DNA from: Podarcis muralis
Lineage: Eukaryota
Assembly (NCBI RefSeq): GCF_964188315.1
Contig: NC_135659.1
Coordinates: 41,602,001 to 41,666,000, forward strand
Reading direction: 5' to 3'
Length of the DNA: 64,000 nucleotides
Shown here one piece after another: positions 47,054-61,136 of this stretch. Below the pieces are notes generated by a model. It had not been told where the DNA came from. It saw only the letters and a list, made by a program, of their open reading frames with translations, and did not search any database. The translations under genes and the position numbers were made by a program. Each line of letters opens with the position of its first letter. Position 1 is the first letter of the stretch.

Positions 47054-50000
47054 TAGTGATGTACTAATATAGTTGATAGAAACAGTTTCTGATTAAGGCC
47101 ATCAATATTCTACTTTCAACCTCTCATATTCTTGTTTAGCACAAAACTTGATGGGCTGGGCAGCCAGAAATGACAATACAGAAGTGCACAGAATATTCTT
47201 ACAGATAAATGATACTCAGCTGTACTTCACATTTCCAAGAACCTCCCTTTAAAACAGTCTAGCATGTTAAACAGCAATTTTCTAGCTCCTTTTGTTTTCC
47301 CAAGCATACAAACCAATTATGATGTAGCTCCTGCTGATGAGAATTAATCAGCATATCTAAAAGCTCCATAACCCCTGGTAATTTCTGTCTGGTGCCAATT
47401 TAGGTTCTGCCAGTTGTTGGGTTTAATTTCTTTAAAAAAATATATAAAACAGCTAATCAGCACAAGTAACAAGGAAATCAGCATAAAGCATCTGCAGCAC
47501 TTGATGCAGCCTCTAATGAGGAGATCTGTAAGCAGTGAAACAACTTCAGACATTCTATAAAAGTCCTCTCTTTTGATTTAGGCAGCAAGAAGGCTTTGCG
47601 GCGAGTTCTGCACATACAGCAAAGCTATTCCCTTTCCCCAGCCTCTCCTAATCTTAGGGAAGGAGTGTGAAGAGCTGCAGTTTAAAGGCTGGGGAGTTGT
47701 TGGAAAAGCTTGTGCCTCAGGGGGCAACTAGATATCAGTGCAGCACCTTTGCACAGTAATGTTTAGGAAGGCTTACACAAGTTGTTTCCCCAGTCCTGAA
47801 AGTAATGATACTGAGTACAGAGAAACGCATGATGTGACAATACAATGCAGGGTTGCCATTTCCAAAAGAAGTCCTGCACAGTAACTCCACCCTCAAGTGC
47901 CCTTTGGATCCTTGACATTGTTTTGAGCAATTTTTAAGCACACCTCTGCCACCTGCCTTTCCTCATCACCATTAAATCTGCACCATAGGCAATTTTAGAA
48001 AGAGATGGTAATTTTTATTCATATAAAGCAACTCTCTCTGAGGTAAGAGAAAAAGAAAGAAAGAAAACTAGGTGAAAAGAGGTTGCCGCACATAATCTGT
48101 TCCTGCTGTGACCGTACATATTCAACACAACTTTAGTCCTGCTTCAAAGGAGGTTGCTTCAAAAGTAATGGCGTGTTTTAAACGGCACCACAGAAAATAA
48201 ATAAATGGACTTTTGTACTACCATCTCAGCAGCTGTAAAACAGAATATATTTATTTTACAATGGAAAGTAATGGCAACCTCGCTTTCACGATAAAGCAGG
48301 CCAGTGAGGGGGCCTGAACACAATGTTGGAATTACACTGCATGACAATAAAAACTCAGCACAAACGCAACCATCTGCCACAGCCTTTCAATTCCCAGTAG
48401 TACTATAGTAAAAAAAAAAAAAAAGGTGAATTTCCACATGCACGTTTCTCAAGTTCATAATCAGTTTGTGACTCCCATGTGTAAAATGATGATCACAGAC
48501 ACCAAATGCTATAGTTTATCTCCAGGTGGAAGTGTGAAAAGCCCCCATAAAAAAGTCCCAGGTTTTAATTCATTTAAAGAAATATGCTAGGAAAAGTGTG
48601 TGAATATGCATGTCAGCTAAAGGATCATAATACAATGGAATACATAGGGTTTATTTCAGAATTACAGGAACACAAGAAGCTGCCTTATACAAAGTCAGTC
48701 TATTTACCTCAGTATTATCTACACTGATTGACAGCAGCTCTCAAGGATTTCAGATGGTAAATTCCAGCCCTACCTGAAGATGCCAGTGACAGGACCCGGA
48801 AATATTCTGCAAACAAAGCAGGTGGCCTGCCACAGAGCAGAAAATAGGAGGAACTAAAATTCGAACTGGATCCAGTTGGAGATCCTCCACAAATAGAAGG
48901 AATCCTTCAGTTAATGGCAATGTCCCTTCTGTTTGAAGCGACTAGGATTTTTCTGGTAGAGGCTTCTGCCGACAGAAGGGATGGTGGAGGCACTTTTTAC
49001 TAATTCCTCTTCCTCCTCTCAGTCCCCAGGCCACATCCTGGACCGTTGCAGATGGTATGTCAATTCTCCAGAGCAGATTTTTCAAGGCCACAGCAGACTG
49101 CAGGGAAAAGGGACATCTTGCGAAAATCACTTCTCCCCTAACCCCTTCCATCTATTGCTGGAGCTCTGCTTTACAGATCTCTGCATCCAAGTGCCTATAT
49201 TCTCAAATTTAACTGTATCTCATTTGCCTATTTTATCATCACAAGTGCCAGCTATTATTATACCCTGTGGTTCAGTATTTTAGACCATACGTATCTGTAT
49301 AATGAATACATTGTTAATTATCTACAATAGTTGGTTTGTTATTATTTAAATCCTAAGATTTCCACGTATTGTCTTGGAATTTATCAATTCATGTCACATT
49401 TTTCAAAGTTACATTTTAACAGCTGTTAAATAGATAGATGCTTCATCTATCTAAACAAGCAAAACAAGGAAGAGTGGCAATCCCATGCTTTAATAAGCTT
49501 AAGGTACCGAAGACATTAGGAAAAGAGTTTCTTTTAAGATCAGAGTTTTGTGGTTTACAAAAAACAAAACAAAACCTTGGGGCTAACCAAGTACACACCA
49601 TTTTAATACACACAAGTATACAAAATTGAACAAATAACCACACACAATGGTCCTTAGGCCTCCTTCAGACCTGTCATTCACAAAAAGTACTTTTCGTACC
49701 TGAAATTTATAATGGTAGAGGCAACCTGAACTCAAGTGACTATTATCAATTTTTATAGTGCTGATTTAATCAAGCTGAGAATACATGTGGCTCCAACGTG
49801 GAGATTCACTCTCTCTTTCCAGAGCAGCTAAAACCCCAAAACTGCTGAAATGCCCTTCCTGAGTCAGGGAGAAGACTGAAATCCCCCTGCCACGACCCTA
49901 GCCACTGCAGCTGCCTCCTTCCTTTCCTAAAACTTCCTGAGTTATACCATCAGTAGTGAGAGGAGTTCTTAAGAGATCTAATTCATTTATGAACTGCTTT

Positions 50001-50202
50001 ACTTTTAAGGCAAGTAGGACAAAACTCCCCCCCACACACACCTTTTGATATATAAAGGTTTGATTCCACTCCTCCTGGTTTTAAGATATTTTATGTTCTG
50101 TTCTTAACCCAGTTTATTTTTAAAGTTTATGTTTATGTTGAGGGCCCTCATTAGGACTAAAAGGCTATTTATATATGTGTGTGTATAATATATAATATTA
50201 TA

Positions 50203-50362
50203 TGGTGCTTTTTTCTGGGGGTACGCATACCCCTAAACATTTTGTGAATCTTTGTACTTTTGTCCATTTAATGTATTTATTTTCCCCCAATTTGAACTAT
50301 AAAATGGTGATTTTCCTGAGTCAAAATGAGAGTAAACATTTTTTAAAGAAAAAAAAGCACTG
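50203..50362. mobile_element. 160-bp hAT-type MITE, same family as 46914-47053
   Basis: TGGTGCTTTTTT...AAAAAAGCACTG ends; perfect 8-bp TSD atattata; shares the core ATACCCCTAAACATTTTGTGAATCT and AAAATGAGAGTA. Confidence 0.8.
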
Positions 50363-50877
50363 ATATTATATAGATGTAAAATTCAAGTATCTGTTAGACT
50401 CTTGTCTAAATAATTGGAAGGGAGGAAAAGAGAACTGCAATTCCTATGCAAAACTAGCCATTCTTTATCATTGGCCCCATTTTATATTTATTTAAATAAA
50501 CCAATCCAATCTTTTGAAGAGCAGGGCAATCGCCACCCCCACTTGGATCCAGTTTCATATATGATTTTTCTACCGTCTGAGCAGCTTTTCCCAGACACAT
50601 TTTCAAATGCAATTAAGTAATGGAGAGTGAGCTGCTGTACACGACATTTAATTTCAGTAACTGAGAAAAGTAAGAGGCTGAAAGCAAGATCATTAATCTC
50701 CTCTGGTTGCCTTGCACTGCCAAGGATAACAACTAATTTTTCATTTTACTGGGTCTGCTCTTCAACCATAGTCACATATGGTCAAACTTATCGAGACATT
50801 AAGATCCAGTCACAGTGACTCTAAGGTTGATTTTCACTTATAATGTATATGGAGCATAGATTTAGTCACTGCTTATA

Positions 50878-51144
50878 CAGTGGTGCCTCGCAAGACGAAA
50901 TTAATTTGTTCCGCGAGTTTTGTCATCTTGCGATTTTTTTCGTCTTGCGAAGCAGTGTCGGAAAAGTTTTGGAAAAGCTTCAAAAATCACCAAAGTCTTT
51001 AAAAACCTCAAAAAAGGCTACCACACCGCGTTCTATGAGTTGCTCCTCGAAGTCAAGTCACAATTAACGGTGTTAAGAAAAAGGAAACAAACTTGCAAGA
51101 CGTTTCCGTCTTGTGAAGCAAGCCCATAGGGAAAATCGTCTTGC
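50878..51144 (+). mobile_element. Tigger/pogo-type MITE, left part, right end deleted; same family as 1-160
   Basis: TA followed by CAGTGGTGCCTCGCAAGACG; internal CGTCTTGCG/CGCAAGACG motifs; no right TIR. Confidence 0.75.
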
Positions 51145-52714
51145 CTCCCCCGGATGTCAATTTCCCCCTGACCTATACTACACAAGAAACCAAGGATGGA
51201 GGTGTTTCATTTTCACTCTTGATCACCAGTATAGATGAACCCAATTCTGAGATGGGGATGAGGCTACCACTCTGGCTACAAACCAGCGTGAAACGTATAA
51301 AATACGCATTAAAAATTAACAAGCATCTACAGAAATAGCTGGTCCATGATGGTTTTCAGAATACTGTACTGCAAAATCTGATTAATGGCTGAACATGTAA
51401 TAGAAAATCATAATGTTAACTGCATAGGCAACAGATTTTAACAGTCACTGGCACATGCCACAGCCAAACTAAATCTGTTTGCCTTGAGGGGGAAACCATT
51501 CCATAATATCCAACTAAGAAGAGAGAATCTGAACAAGTGATAGTTTCAAATCCTAAAACTGGGAAACACATTTCCATGTTAATTCTGTAGTTGGTTGCCA
51601 CAGGACATCAAAGCTTGCTTTAAAAAAGGTGTTTTTTTACATACAGCTATAGCCTCCTCACAAAATTGTCCCAATGGTGTTTACATCAACACTGTAAGCT
51701 AAGCCAGTATTAATATCCCTGCCTTACAGATGTGATAAGGGCAGAGTAAAGTGAAGCCTTTTAGTAAGTTCATGCCTGCGGTGATATAGATCAGCCAAAA
51801 GTAAGGTCTGGGAGAGATTAAAGGACATGCTTAATTGTTTGTTTGGCTGGCTGGTGTTCCTAGCGAACTTAAGTCCTCTATACATCCTACAATATTTCAC
51901 CTCTCAGTTTCTTCTCCATACACCATATTCCCATGCCTCTCATGTATAGTCTAATTTCTTTCCCCAGTCTCTTTCAAAATGTCATACCAGGTCATATACA
52001 AAACTATGCTTCAAAAAATGCTTTCCACATCTATCAGGTAATAGCATCATGCTACCTTTAGCCCGTGGCAGCCGACCTATTTGCATTCCACAGATGAGGC
52101 ATCCCATCTGCAATGTGAGCTGTTTAGCTACCAGCCAAAGTGATGACAAAAGTCCTCAAGTGGTCTTCCTTGCAGTAAATCAACCAACTAGTTTGCCATT
52201 TGTTCCCCAGTCACACTATCAGCAAAGGCCAAATAATAATAACATGGATCCTAAGAATTGCTAGTGGTATTCTCACATAGCAGAACGGACTTTCCTGTCT
52301 AATTGCATTCCCTCATCTTCCTGGAACACCTCTCCTGAGGGTCTGTGAGACCCTTCAGAATGGTGTTTGATTCAGCACAGGGTTTGGCACTTTCAAAAAT
52401 TGGTAGAAAATGGAGACCTCCTGCTCTTCTCTCTCCTTCTCCATTTCCACACAAACACAAGCATCTTTCACTTGCACCAGGGCATCATTACATCCAAACC
52501 AACATGTCACAAATACGTTTTTCTTCACCTAAAAATCTGCTGGGCACTCTACCTTCTTAAAAGATCAAATAAAACAATAGTCCCAGCCATAGGTCTAAAA
52601 TCTAATTAGGCAGTATGCGAAAAGCTGAACTGAACACACAGTCAGCAAAGCTTATTGTAGCAGTAAAAGCAAAACATGGCTTTAGTAACGAAGCCGGATT
52701 CCAATCCTGTAGAG

Positions 52715-52990
52715 CAGGGATGGGGAAACCCTTTTCAGCCAAAAAGCCACATCCCCTTGGGGGCAACTTTCTGAGGGCCACATGTTATTGATGGGTGACA
52801 AAAAAGCAGACAGGGCAAGCGATTATACAGCCACTGAAAAGTCAGAGGTTTATAAATATGCGCCTCTCCATCCAGACAAGCAAGGACACATTCCTTGCGT
52901 GGCTTGGGGAGGAGGCCTGTGTGGAGGAGAGGGCCAGATAGAAGCCTAGAGAGCCACATTTGGCTACCAGGCCTCAGATTCCCCACTCAC
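52715..52990. mobile_element. hAT-Charlie-like MITE (degenerate)
   Basis: CAGGGATGGGGAAACC left end and GATTCCCCAC right end; flanks resemble the NTCTAGAN target; TSD imperfect. Confidence 0.5.
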
Positions 52991-55125
52991 TCCTAGAACC
53001 CATGGCGTGGGGTGAAGAACCTGCCTCAAGCAGTGGAAGTTCAAGAGAACTTCTGGCATGCAGCGTTGCTGCTCATCTTCCCCACCCCTGGGTGGAGAAG
53101 CTGAGTGAGTGGCAACACTATGAGGAGCACCCTGGCTCCCACCGAATACAGTGAGAGCTGGGACACGGTAGCAGCGGAAGTGGGGCATGGCAGAGGGGCA
53201 GGAGGGGCAACTCCCATTTTGCCTCAGGTGAGGAAATGGGACAGGCTGCCCATGAGGAAATGCTGGCTTTCCTGTTTGTTGCCAGCTTGAATTATTTTCC
53301 TTGCTTTAAAGAGCTGCCCAGGGACTGGAAGGGCAAGGGCAAGAGCTAAAGAGAGATGTACTCCTAAGGTCAGCAGGCCTTTCTCTTCTCGCACCTGCTT
53401 TCTCTCGTATCATGCCAATGCTACCTTGTCTTTCCTCCTTTCTGCTTGTGTAATATACACAAATTAAAAAACCAAACCTGGTCATTCAGTTGCTAGGCAA
53501 TGGCCTCCTGTGCTCTCTTTTCACTTCTGGGACCACCCAGCAGCATAGACATTAATGCACCAACCCAACTGAGCTTGCATAAATGAGAGTAGCAGATCCA
53601 CCTGTAAGGAGCTCTTTCAAAAGGTTAAAATGCCACCAGCCGGATTCTTGGCAAGGAAGGAGAAGCAGGAGGGAACCATTAAAAAATGAGCCCCCTGCGC
53701 CTCTCCTTGAACAGCTGATTGACGGGGTCTTTCTGAAAGGTCTCCATGTGTACAACCCCAACTACCTGATTTGAAAGGTTAGCTGCCTGCACAGGACCTG
53801 TTTATGCACACAATTCCCCATTCAGCTGAGGCCATGGAAATGGAAACCTTCTTTTGAACACACTATACCTGCTGGCTAGAGTACATTGATTGCCTTGCTT
53901 TTAACTGAATGGATATATGTAATAATCAAAATATGGCAACAAAGGCAAATAAATGGCATACACAAATTGTCCTTGTGGATTTTATCCAAGGAGTCTCCAG
54001 ACTGGGGGTGAGGAGCCTTTTTTCTCTTGAATGCTGCATTCCCTTTAGGGCTAAAGTCAGGGGCCACATGGCTGCAGTAGGCAGAGCCCCCCCCCCTTTC
54101 CTCTCTCCATCTGACTTCTCTCTCCCCCTTCTTTCAAGTCCAATGGGCTGCTGAGGGAGGGACTTTGGTTACTGCCAGAGGCCTGAACTAACCACAGAGG
54201 GCTTTACCATTCTCCTTCTACCTTCTTCATCTCCCCCAACCTCATTTCTCCTCTCCCTCCCACTTTCTGTCCCCTGGGCTCCCCCCAATCACATGAAATT
54301 AGGCAAAAGGCTGCAGTTTCCCCATTTCTGTTCCAAACTGGAGCAACTGTGTACTGAATTAGGTTTAGATAATTCCGCGTCACTCATAGTGTCAGGCTAT
54401 TTTCATGTCGTTTCCAGTTCCAGGATCTCTCTATTTCCGCACAGCAAGCCAGACATATGGCCTAGACCAGTGGATTAAGGAGTTGTAGCTGTCCAGATAT
54501 AGCCATGCTCCTACTCCCATTAACCCAAGCCAGTGTGGTCAAAGGTGAGGAACGATTCAAGTTGGAGTCCAGTGATATATGGAGAGCCACAGCTTCACCA
54601 CCTCTGAATCAGGCTTGGCTTATATGAGAAGAATTTCCTGCTTTTGCAGTCATGAAATACATATGAAAAGGGTGAGAGTCTGCTTTCATTTAGTTGTTTT
54701 CCCTTCCTACTTGGATCCTGAATTGCTCAAGGAAGTTACACAATATCCAGTTAGCTTAATATTGTCTGATCTTCCGTTAAACTGAAGAAGAGCTTGCTCT
54801 GTTTTACTTGGGTTGCCTTCTACCAAACCACCTTATGCTCTGTTCTAATCTATCACACTGGTCTTCCATAACTTGCTAAAATGTGAAAGTAATTTAATTT
54901 CGAGGCATTGACATATCAGTTTTCAGTAGACTCAGATGAGGGCACCACCAGAATGAGAGGTTACATCATGGGGGAAAAATGAAAGAAAGGGAACTGTGTG
55001 ACAAATGGAGCACACTTCAGCAGCCCTCAATTTCATTTGAATACTGAATCTTTCTCATTTTGCAGCTCCCCCAAGTTCAGGCCACTAATGATGAGCACAA
55101 GAGTTAATGACTATGCCATTCTTAC

Positions 55126-55217
55126 CGTATAAATACCAGCTTGACCTTTGATGGTGCCGTCTTAATGATTGCAGAAGCATTCTGGTGACTTCTTCCATAC
55201 AAGATCTGGTTATTTAT
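55126..55217 (-). CDS. PATJ: PATJ exon, end of PDZ7 ([31 protein letters not shown])
   Basis: Acceptor cataaaacag, donor CG|gtaaga; 92 nt, phase 0 to 2; translated by hand. Confidence 0.95.
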
Positions 55218-55574
55218 CTGTTTTATGAAGAATATTTGAGACAGTTACAAATTAAACAGTAACAAAAGGTTAAGTATTGTTTTCTAATTTTATTACACCA
55301 TCAATAACTCTGAAGGAAATATCCTAACCTTCTTTTATGAAGCTTATCTTCAATAGCAAGAAAGGAGAAAGTGAAAGAAATAGGCAAGGAGGGATTGTTT
55401 GTGTTGCTTGATTTTTTCCCCACTGTGGAAGGACGTGTGGATCCAGAATTGGCCTCCACAATCACCTACGGACACACTTTTAAGACCGTATTCATGGAAG
55501 ACAATCTTACTCCGCTACGAGTGAACACCAAAGAAGAAGAAAGAAGCACTGGCTGACAATTAGTTTCTGAACCC

Positions 55575-55830
55575 AACGAAGTGCTGGTTTTGACCTATAA
55601 AGCCTTAAACGGTTCAGAACCAAAATACCTCAAGGACCAGCCCTACCCATATACACTGACCTGGATCCTACAATCATGCCTCTCCCATGAGAGGTCCAAG
55701 GGTAGCAAAATGGGCCTTTTCTGCCGTAGCTCCTCATTTGTGGAATGCTCTCCCCAGGGAGGCTCACCTGGTGCCTTAATTATATATCTTTAGGTGCCAG
55801 GCGAAAAAAATTCTCTTCAACCAGAGAAAA
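55575..55830 (+). mobile_element. L2 LINE 3' fragment
   Basis: VLVLTYKALNGSEPKYLKD in ORF 55581..55793; TGTGGAATGCTCTCCCCAGGGAGGCTCACCTGG, also seen at ~29830. Confidence 0.7.
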
Positions 55831-56714
55831 CATTCTAAATGCTAAACGTGTTTATGGGAGGAGACTTATTGGTTTGTTTTCATTTTATTATGTATTTTAT
55901 ATTCGCATTCTGCATTTTTAGTCTGGCATTAGCTATCCATGTGGGCAAGGCTGGTTATCAATTGGAACAATTATGCCACAACAACCTTGGGAGTTAAGTT
56001 TAGTGGCATTAACATAGTTTGCATTGTCTACCACTTCAAACAAAGCTACAGAATGAAAGAGAGATAGAAACTGCACACACTGTAGAATTGAGGCAGTAGA
56101 AATCACATTTCCTGTGAACCTATTACAGTGTCAAACCATATCAGACTTTTACTTTACATTACTCTTTTTCCCTTTCAGAAGCTCAGATCAGTATTCTACA
56201 GGAGTCTTTTTAAAGCACAACTGCATTTTAGGAAGATATTGTGCAAAAACGCATGAAGGGCGAAAATAGGCAGTGCTAACCTCCATCTGCCTACTGTCAC
56301 AGAAGTCTGTCTCCATGTTAAGAAGGCAGCCCTCCGCATGAAGCAAGATTGAGCTTTCCCTTACAAAACATGTGCATTTAAGCAACTTAACTGTTTTTCT
56401 CCAATTGTTATCAGCTGGAATGCGTGGCCACAAATTGCTAAGCTGTGTACTACAGTCCATTTTCCAAATTAAGTTAGAAACCCTCTACCATCTACCCATG
56501 CCATGAATATCCCGTGAACAGCAAGGTAACACCTACCTGCTAGATCATACCAGTGCTCAGTCTATTCAAGCTCTAACAGTTGCTCTGAGCTGGCACTACT
56601 GGACAGTCATAAGTTGGCAACTCAACACAGCTGTTGAGTGCCTCAGTGTTGGATTTTGGGGTGCAGACATTTCCAGTAACAACCATAAGTATAGATCTAT
56701 GCTTGTAGAATGCA

Positions 56715-56932
56715 ACCAGTGCGGCTTATTGGTTAGACTGCTGGGCTGGGACCTGAAAGACCTCGGTTCAAATCCCCACCCAGCCATGAAGTTTACCGAG
56801 TTATTCTCGGACCAGTCACCGTCTCTCAGCCTCTCCTACCTCACTGGGCTTTTGTGAGGATAACACAGAAGAAAACTGTATATTACTATAGCTCCTTGGA
56901 GGATAGATGGGATATAAGCATAGTAATAATAA
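56715..56932 (+). mobile_element. Squam3-like tRNA SINE (degenerate)
   Basis: ACCAGTGCGGCTTATTGGTTAGACTG...GGTTCAAATCCCCACCCAGCCATGAAG...CTCTCAGCCT...TGTGAGGATAA, ending in a TAA tail. Confidence 0.7.
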
Positions 56933-57528
56933 GCAAATCTACTGATTTTTAACAGTAACTTTATAAATCATAAACACAAACCCAACCTGCGGCTTCTCTC
57001 CCCTTCCCACAAACTAATAAAAACCTCCAATTGCATAGCTTTTGTTACAGGCTTCAGTGTAGGGATAGGAAAGAACCATGACTTACTGTAATGACAAAAT
57101 CTGCTGCTCTAGGCTCATTACGAGAAACACAGATAAACGGGAGGGAGGTCATGGAGGAAGAGCAAAGCTCATGGGAGAGTAAGATAAATAAATGGAACTA
57201 CCAACTAGGGAACTAGAGTGGCTAAATTATTAACAAAGCCTAAAATAACATTTAACACAAGGAAAGCCTTAACAGGCAGCAATTTCTTAGTGGTGGGAGG
57301 GCGACATCATAAATATTTCGCAGAAGGTGGACGAGGTACAGAAGGTAATGAAAACTAATGAGTGAAATTTAAGGAAGAGGAAATTACAGCTACGTGTCAG
57401 GATGTGGAAGGGGATTGGGCTGGACAATTGTCTCCAGAGGAAAATGATATTTTTCTTCTTCTTCCTTTTTTAAAAAGCCCCCACTCCATTTAGGCTGAGA
57501 ACTCAAGAAAACTTATTGACTTCTGAGA

Positions 57529-57719
57529 GGAACATAGGAAGCTGCCTTAAGCTGAACTGGATCATTGGTCCATCCTGTCTCAATATTGCGTACCTGCTAG
57601 TGGCTCTGCAGTGTATCAGGTGGGGTACCAGATACCCTTACCTGATTACTCCATGAATTAAACCTGAGGCCTTCTGAATGCAAAGGAGATGCTCTACCAC
57701 TGAGTTATGGTCCCTTCCC
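57529..57719 (-). mobile_element. Old tRNA-derived SINE (Ala-like head); related degenerate copies near 5120-5250 (-), 48668-48840 (-) and 59829-59975 (+)
   Basis: Minus strand ATAACTCAGTGGTAGAGCATCTCCTTTGCATTCAGAAGGCCTCAGGTTTAAT head; GGCAGCTTCCTATGTT tail shared with the 48668 copy. Confidence 0.55.
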
Positions 57720-58768
57720 TTCCCTGATAATTGGCTGTGCTGGCTGTGGCTCATGGGAATTGGGGGTCCGGACAACATCTATAGGGCCACAGATTCCCCT
57801 TCCCCCCATGATTGTTTTCTTTGTCTTTATTTTCCAAGAGTATGCAGCACACCTATGTTTTAAGTTGATCACATTTCATTAGTATGACCATTCCAGCTGA
57901 AAGACAACAAGCAGCTCTGCCAGCAAAAATTAATATTATACAAGCTCAACAGATAAGCCAAATATAATTAACTGGATTTAAAAGCAGTATGCTTTATTTT
58001 TTAAAAAATGGAAGGCTGGTCAAAATCATTTCTACATTTTTTGTATTACCCTGTCTAGTTACTTCCTTACAAACAGAACATATTCATCCTCTTTGTCAAA
58101 AGAAGTCCTTCTCAAAATGATTTGTACTCAGCATGTTCCTATACCATGGTGATAACTTATCTATTAAAATCCAGCTGATACAGAAATGCACAACAGCAGC
58201 TGAAATGTCAGGAAGTTTGGTGTTGAAAGTGGATTACAAATGCTGGATTTCCAAGAATGTAGGGCTTGCAGCACCCCAAGTTCAGCAATCAATCTGAATG
58301 AGGTGTTTGGTCAATATGATAGATCTTTCTGTTATTACTTACTTTCAGCAGAGGAACTAAAATAGTTCAGGTTCTAAAAACTGAACAAACAACTAGGTTT
58401 CCCTCTACATTGCAGGGCAAAGCTCCCGAATTGTTCAGATGGAATTCAAAACTATACAATCTCCTGCTGATGAGCATCCTGATGAGTATCTGAATAGATG
58501 CACCTTTGGGTTCATCAATCAGAATTCCTATTCTCTTATGACTGATTGGTTTGAAAAGCCTAAGGTAGTGTGAGATAATTGATGCCAGTGTAAATTCTTA
58601 TTCTTGTCCAGTAGGCTTCATTCAGTGCTGCCACCAGTTTCTGGTTCATTGTGTGAAAACAGATCTAAACAACATGGACCTGGGCGTTTGGGTTCCTCAA
58701 TTAAGCCAAGAATACTAATTAATAATAATAAATGAATCTTCTTTACAGTGTGCAACCTTTGACTAGAT

Positions 58769-58874
58769 CAGGGACAGAGAACCTGCAACTCCCATCATCC
58801 CTAACAATTAACCGTGCTGCCTGGGGCAGATGGAGTCCAACAATCTCTAGAGGACCACAGGTTGCTCACTGCTG
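58769..58874. mobile_element. Small hAT-Charlie-like MITE
   Basis: CAGGGACAGAGAACCTG...CAGGTTGCTCACTGCTG; flanks gactagat and atctagat (6/8 match, CTAG core). Confidence 0.55.
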
Positions 58875-61136
58875 ATCTAGATGAAACACTTATTCATTTA
58901 TAAGCTGAGAGGAATTTGTACCTACCACAGACAATGATTCTCACATGGAAACTCTTCACCCTCAGTTTCAGGGGAACATGGTCAGGAGAAGACATTTAAG
59001 CCTCCACTTCTCTATTATTATCATTTTGTATGCCTCAGCTTTAACAGCACAGTAAAATAGGTCTCGAACTGAGCCTCATATTAATCCCTGCTACAAACTG
59101 TCTTCTCCTTACCTAACTGATCACTTTTTTTGCCCCCACTAACAAAAAATAATATTGGGGGATAAGCAATTTTAAGATTTGACTCTATTTAGTTAATTTT
59201 AAAAGTACATGTGAGTAATGCTCAGTCATCTCCTCTGTTCTGGGTATGAAGACAATGTTATATCTGTCCAGAGTTTAAACCTTATAGTGAGAGAATCTCA
59301 TCCTGTTGAAATATGAAACATCACAGGAATTGAAGGAGATGCCAAATTTGCCTGTCACATTTTCATGAGTGAAACAGACTTTTAATAGTTTTTCATTCCA
59401 GCAGAGAGAAAGGCAACAATATTTTACATCAAAACAAATCTACACATTATGTCAGAAGCATGTAATTAGAGGATCCCTAGGCACTGACAAATGTTTAGAT
59501 TGTTTTCGCATTTCCTCAGGCATCCTTTTTTATTTTGCCAAAGCTGTGAAGTCACCAAGTAGGAAATACTGCATTAAAAATACAAATTATTACTGTGAGA
59601 TATAACGTTCTTGTATCATCATAATCTTCTTCAACTATAACTACTATTTACTTCCTATTCATGGGGTACATGAAAGTATTCACACTACAGTACCTCACAT
59701 ATATTACCCCAGTAATGCTTACAATGGCCCAGTAAGGTAGGTTAGCATTAGGCTTCTGGGCAGATGGGGACTGAAGATGAGAGAAGAATGGTTTGTCTAA
59801 GTCCATCTAGTGAGTTTGTGGCTAAGGTGGGAGAGACCTAGCTCAGTGGAAGCAGGCAGGCTTTGTAGGCAGAAGGTCCTAAGTGAAATCTTTGGCATTT
59901 CCTGTTAAGAGGCTCAAGCAACAAGGTTGGAAAAAACCTGGTGGAGGCCCAGGAGAGCTAGTAAAAGTCAGAGTCAGAAGGTTGGGGAACCTTTATCCAG
60001 CGGGTCAAATCCTCTGAGGGCACCTGTCATATGATATTAGATGGATTAAAGTCCACTGGACAAAAACATGCGGACTTGTCTTTAGTGAATTGAAACATCA
60101 GCAAATGCAGGTCCTATTACAAAGGAAGTTGGGACTGCACTTCTGGTCATAAGCTCCTAATTGTTTATTAGAAGTGGGAATTGCATTCAGTGCTGTCTAA
60201 ATTCCATGCTGACTGCATGTCCCCACTGCCTTTGGCATGGATTGGCTCCACCCAAAAGCAAGACTTGCATTTGGCCCTGAATTTAAACAGTGTCAAATGC
60301 AAGCCCCACTGCCAGCAAACACTTGCACCTTCCCAAATAATAATAATAATATTTTATTTATATCCCACCCATCTGGCTGGGCTACCCTAGCCACTCTGGG
60401 TGGCTCCCAACACACATAAAAACACAATAAAACATCAAACAATTCCTCCCTGGTAGCTGTGACCATCCCAAACAGGGTTTACTTGGTGTCATATGATGTC
60501 ACATGAGTGACAAGTAGGTGTGGCTAGCCAAAAACAGCTATATGAGCCGAATCTAGCCCACAGGCTGGAGGCTTACCACCCCTGGGGTCGACAATACAGG
60601 TGTAGGTGAACAAATAATCTCACTTGGTATAAGACACATTCCTATGCTCTTAGCCATGAATTTGTCAGCTCACACTCACAGCCAACAGCTCTTTTAAACT
60701 CTTGCAATTAATTTGACTTTTCTTTTGAAATCCTATGTAACTATGGGGCTGCATAGAATGGGCGCACCTCTCTCTGGTCACTGGATGTACAATCAATGAA
60801 ATCTTATGGCATTCCCTTCCTCTTTGACCAACAGTAGCCCCTATCTAAATATACCACACTTTAGCTTGCTTACTAAGCCTTCAAATCACTGGACCAGTTG
60901 AAGTCAAGTTGTATGTACAATAGCCGCTCCAAATAAAAGATTCTTTTCTGGAAGAATTATTATAAGTGGCTCCACATATGTGAAAATGTTTCATAGGATT
61001 CAGTCTCTTGAAAGACCAATCTTTAAAAAAAACTGGGCTGAGTCATAGGATCTGAATCACTTCTTTGAAGTGGGGATGGCAATTCTGTTGCATTATTAGT
61101 TTGAATTCAACAGTGGGTTCCTTTGATTACTCTTAC

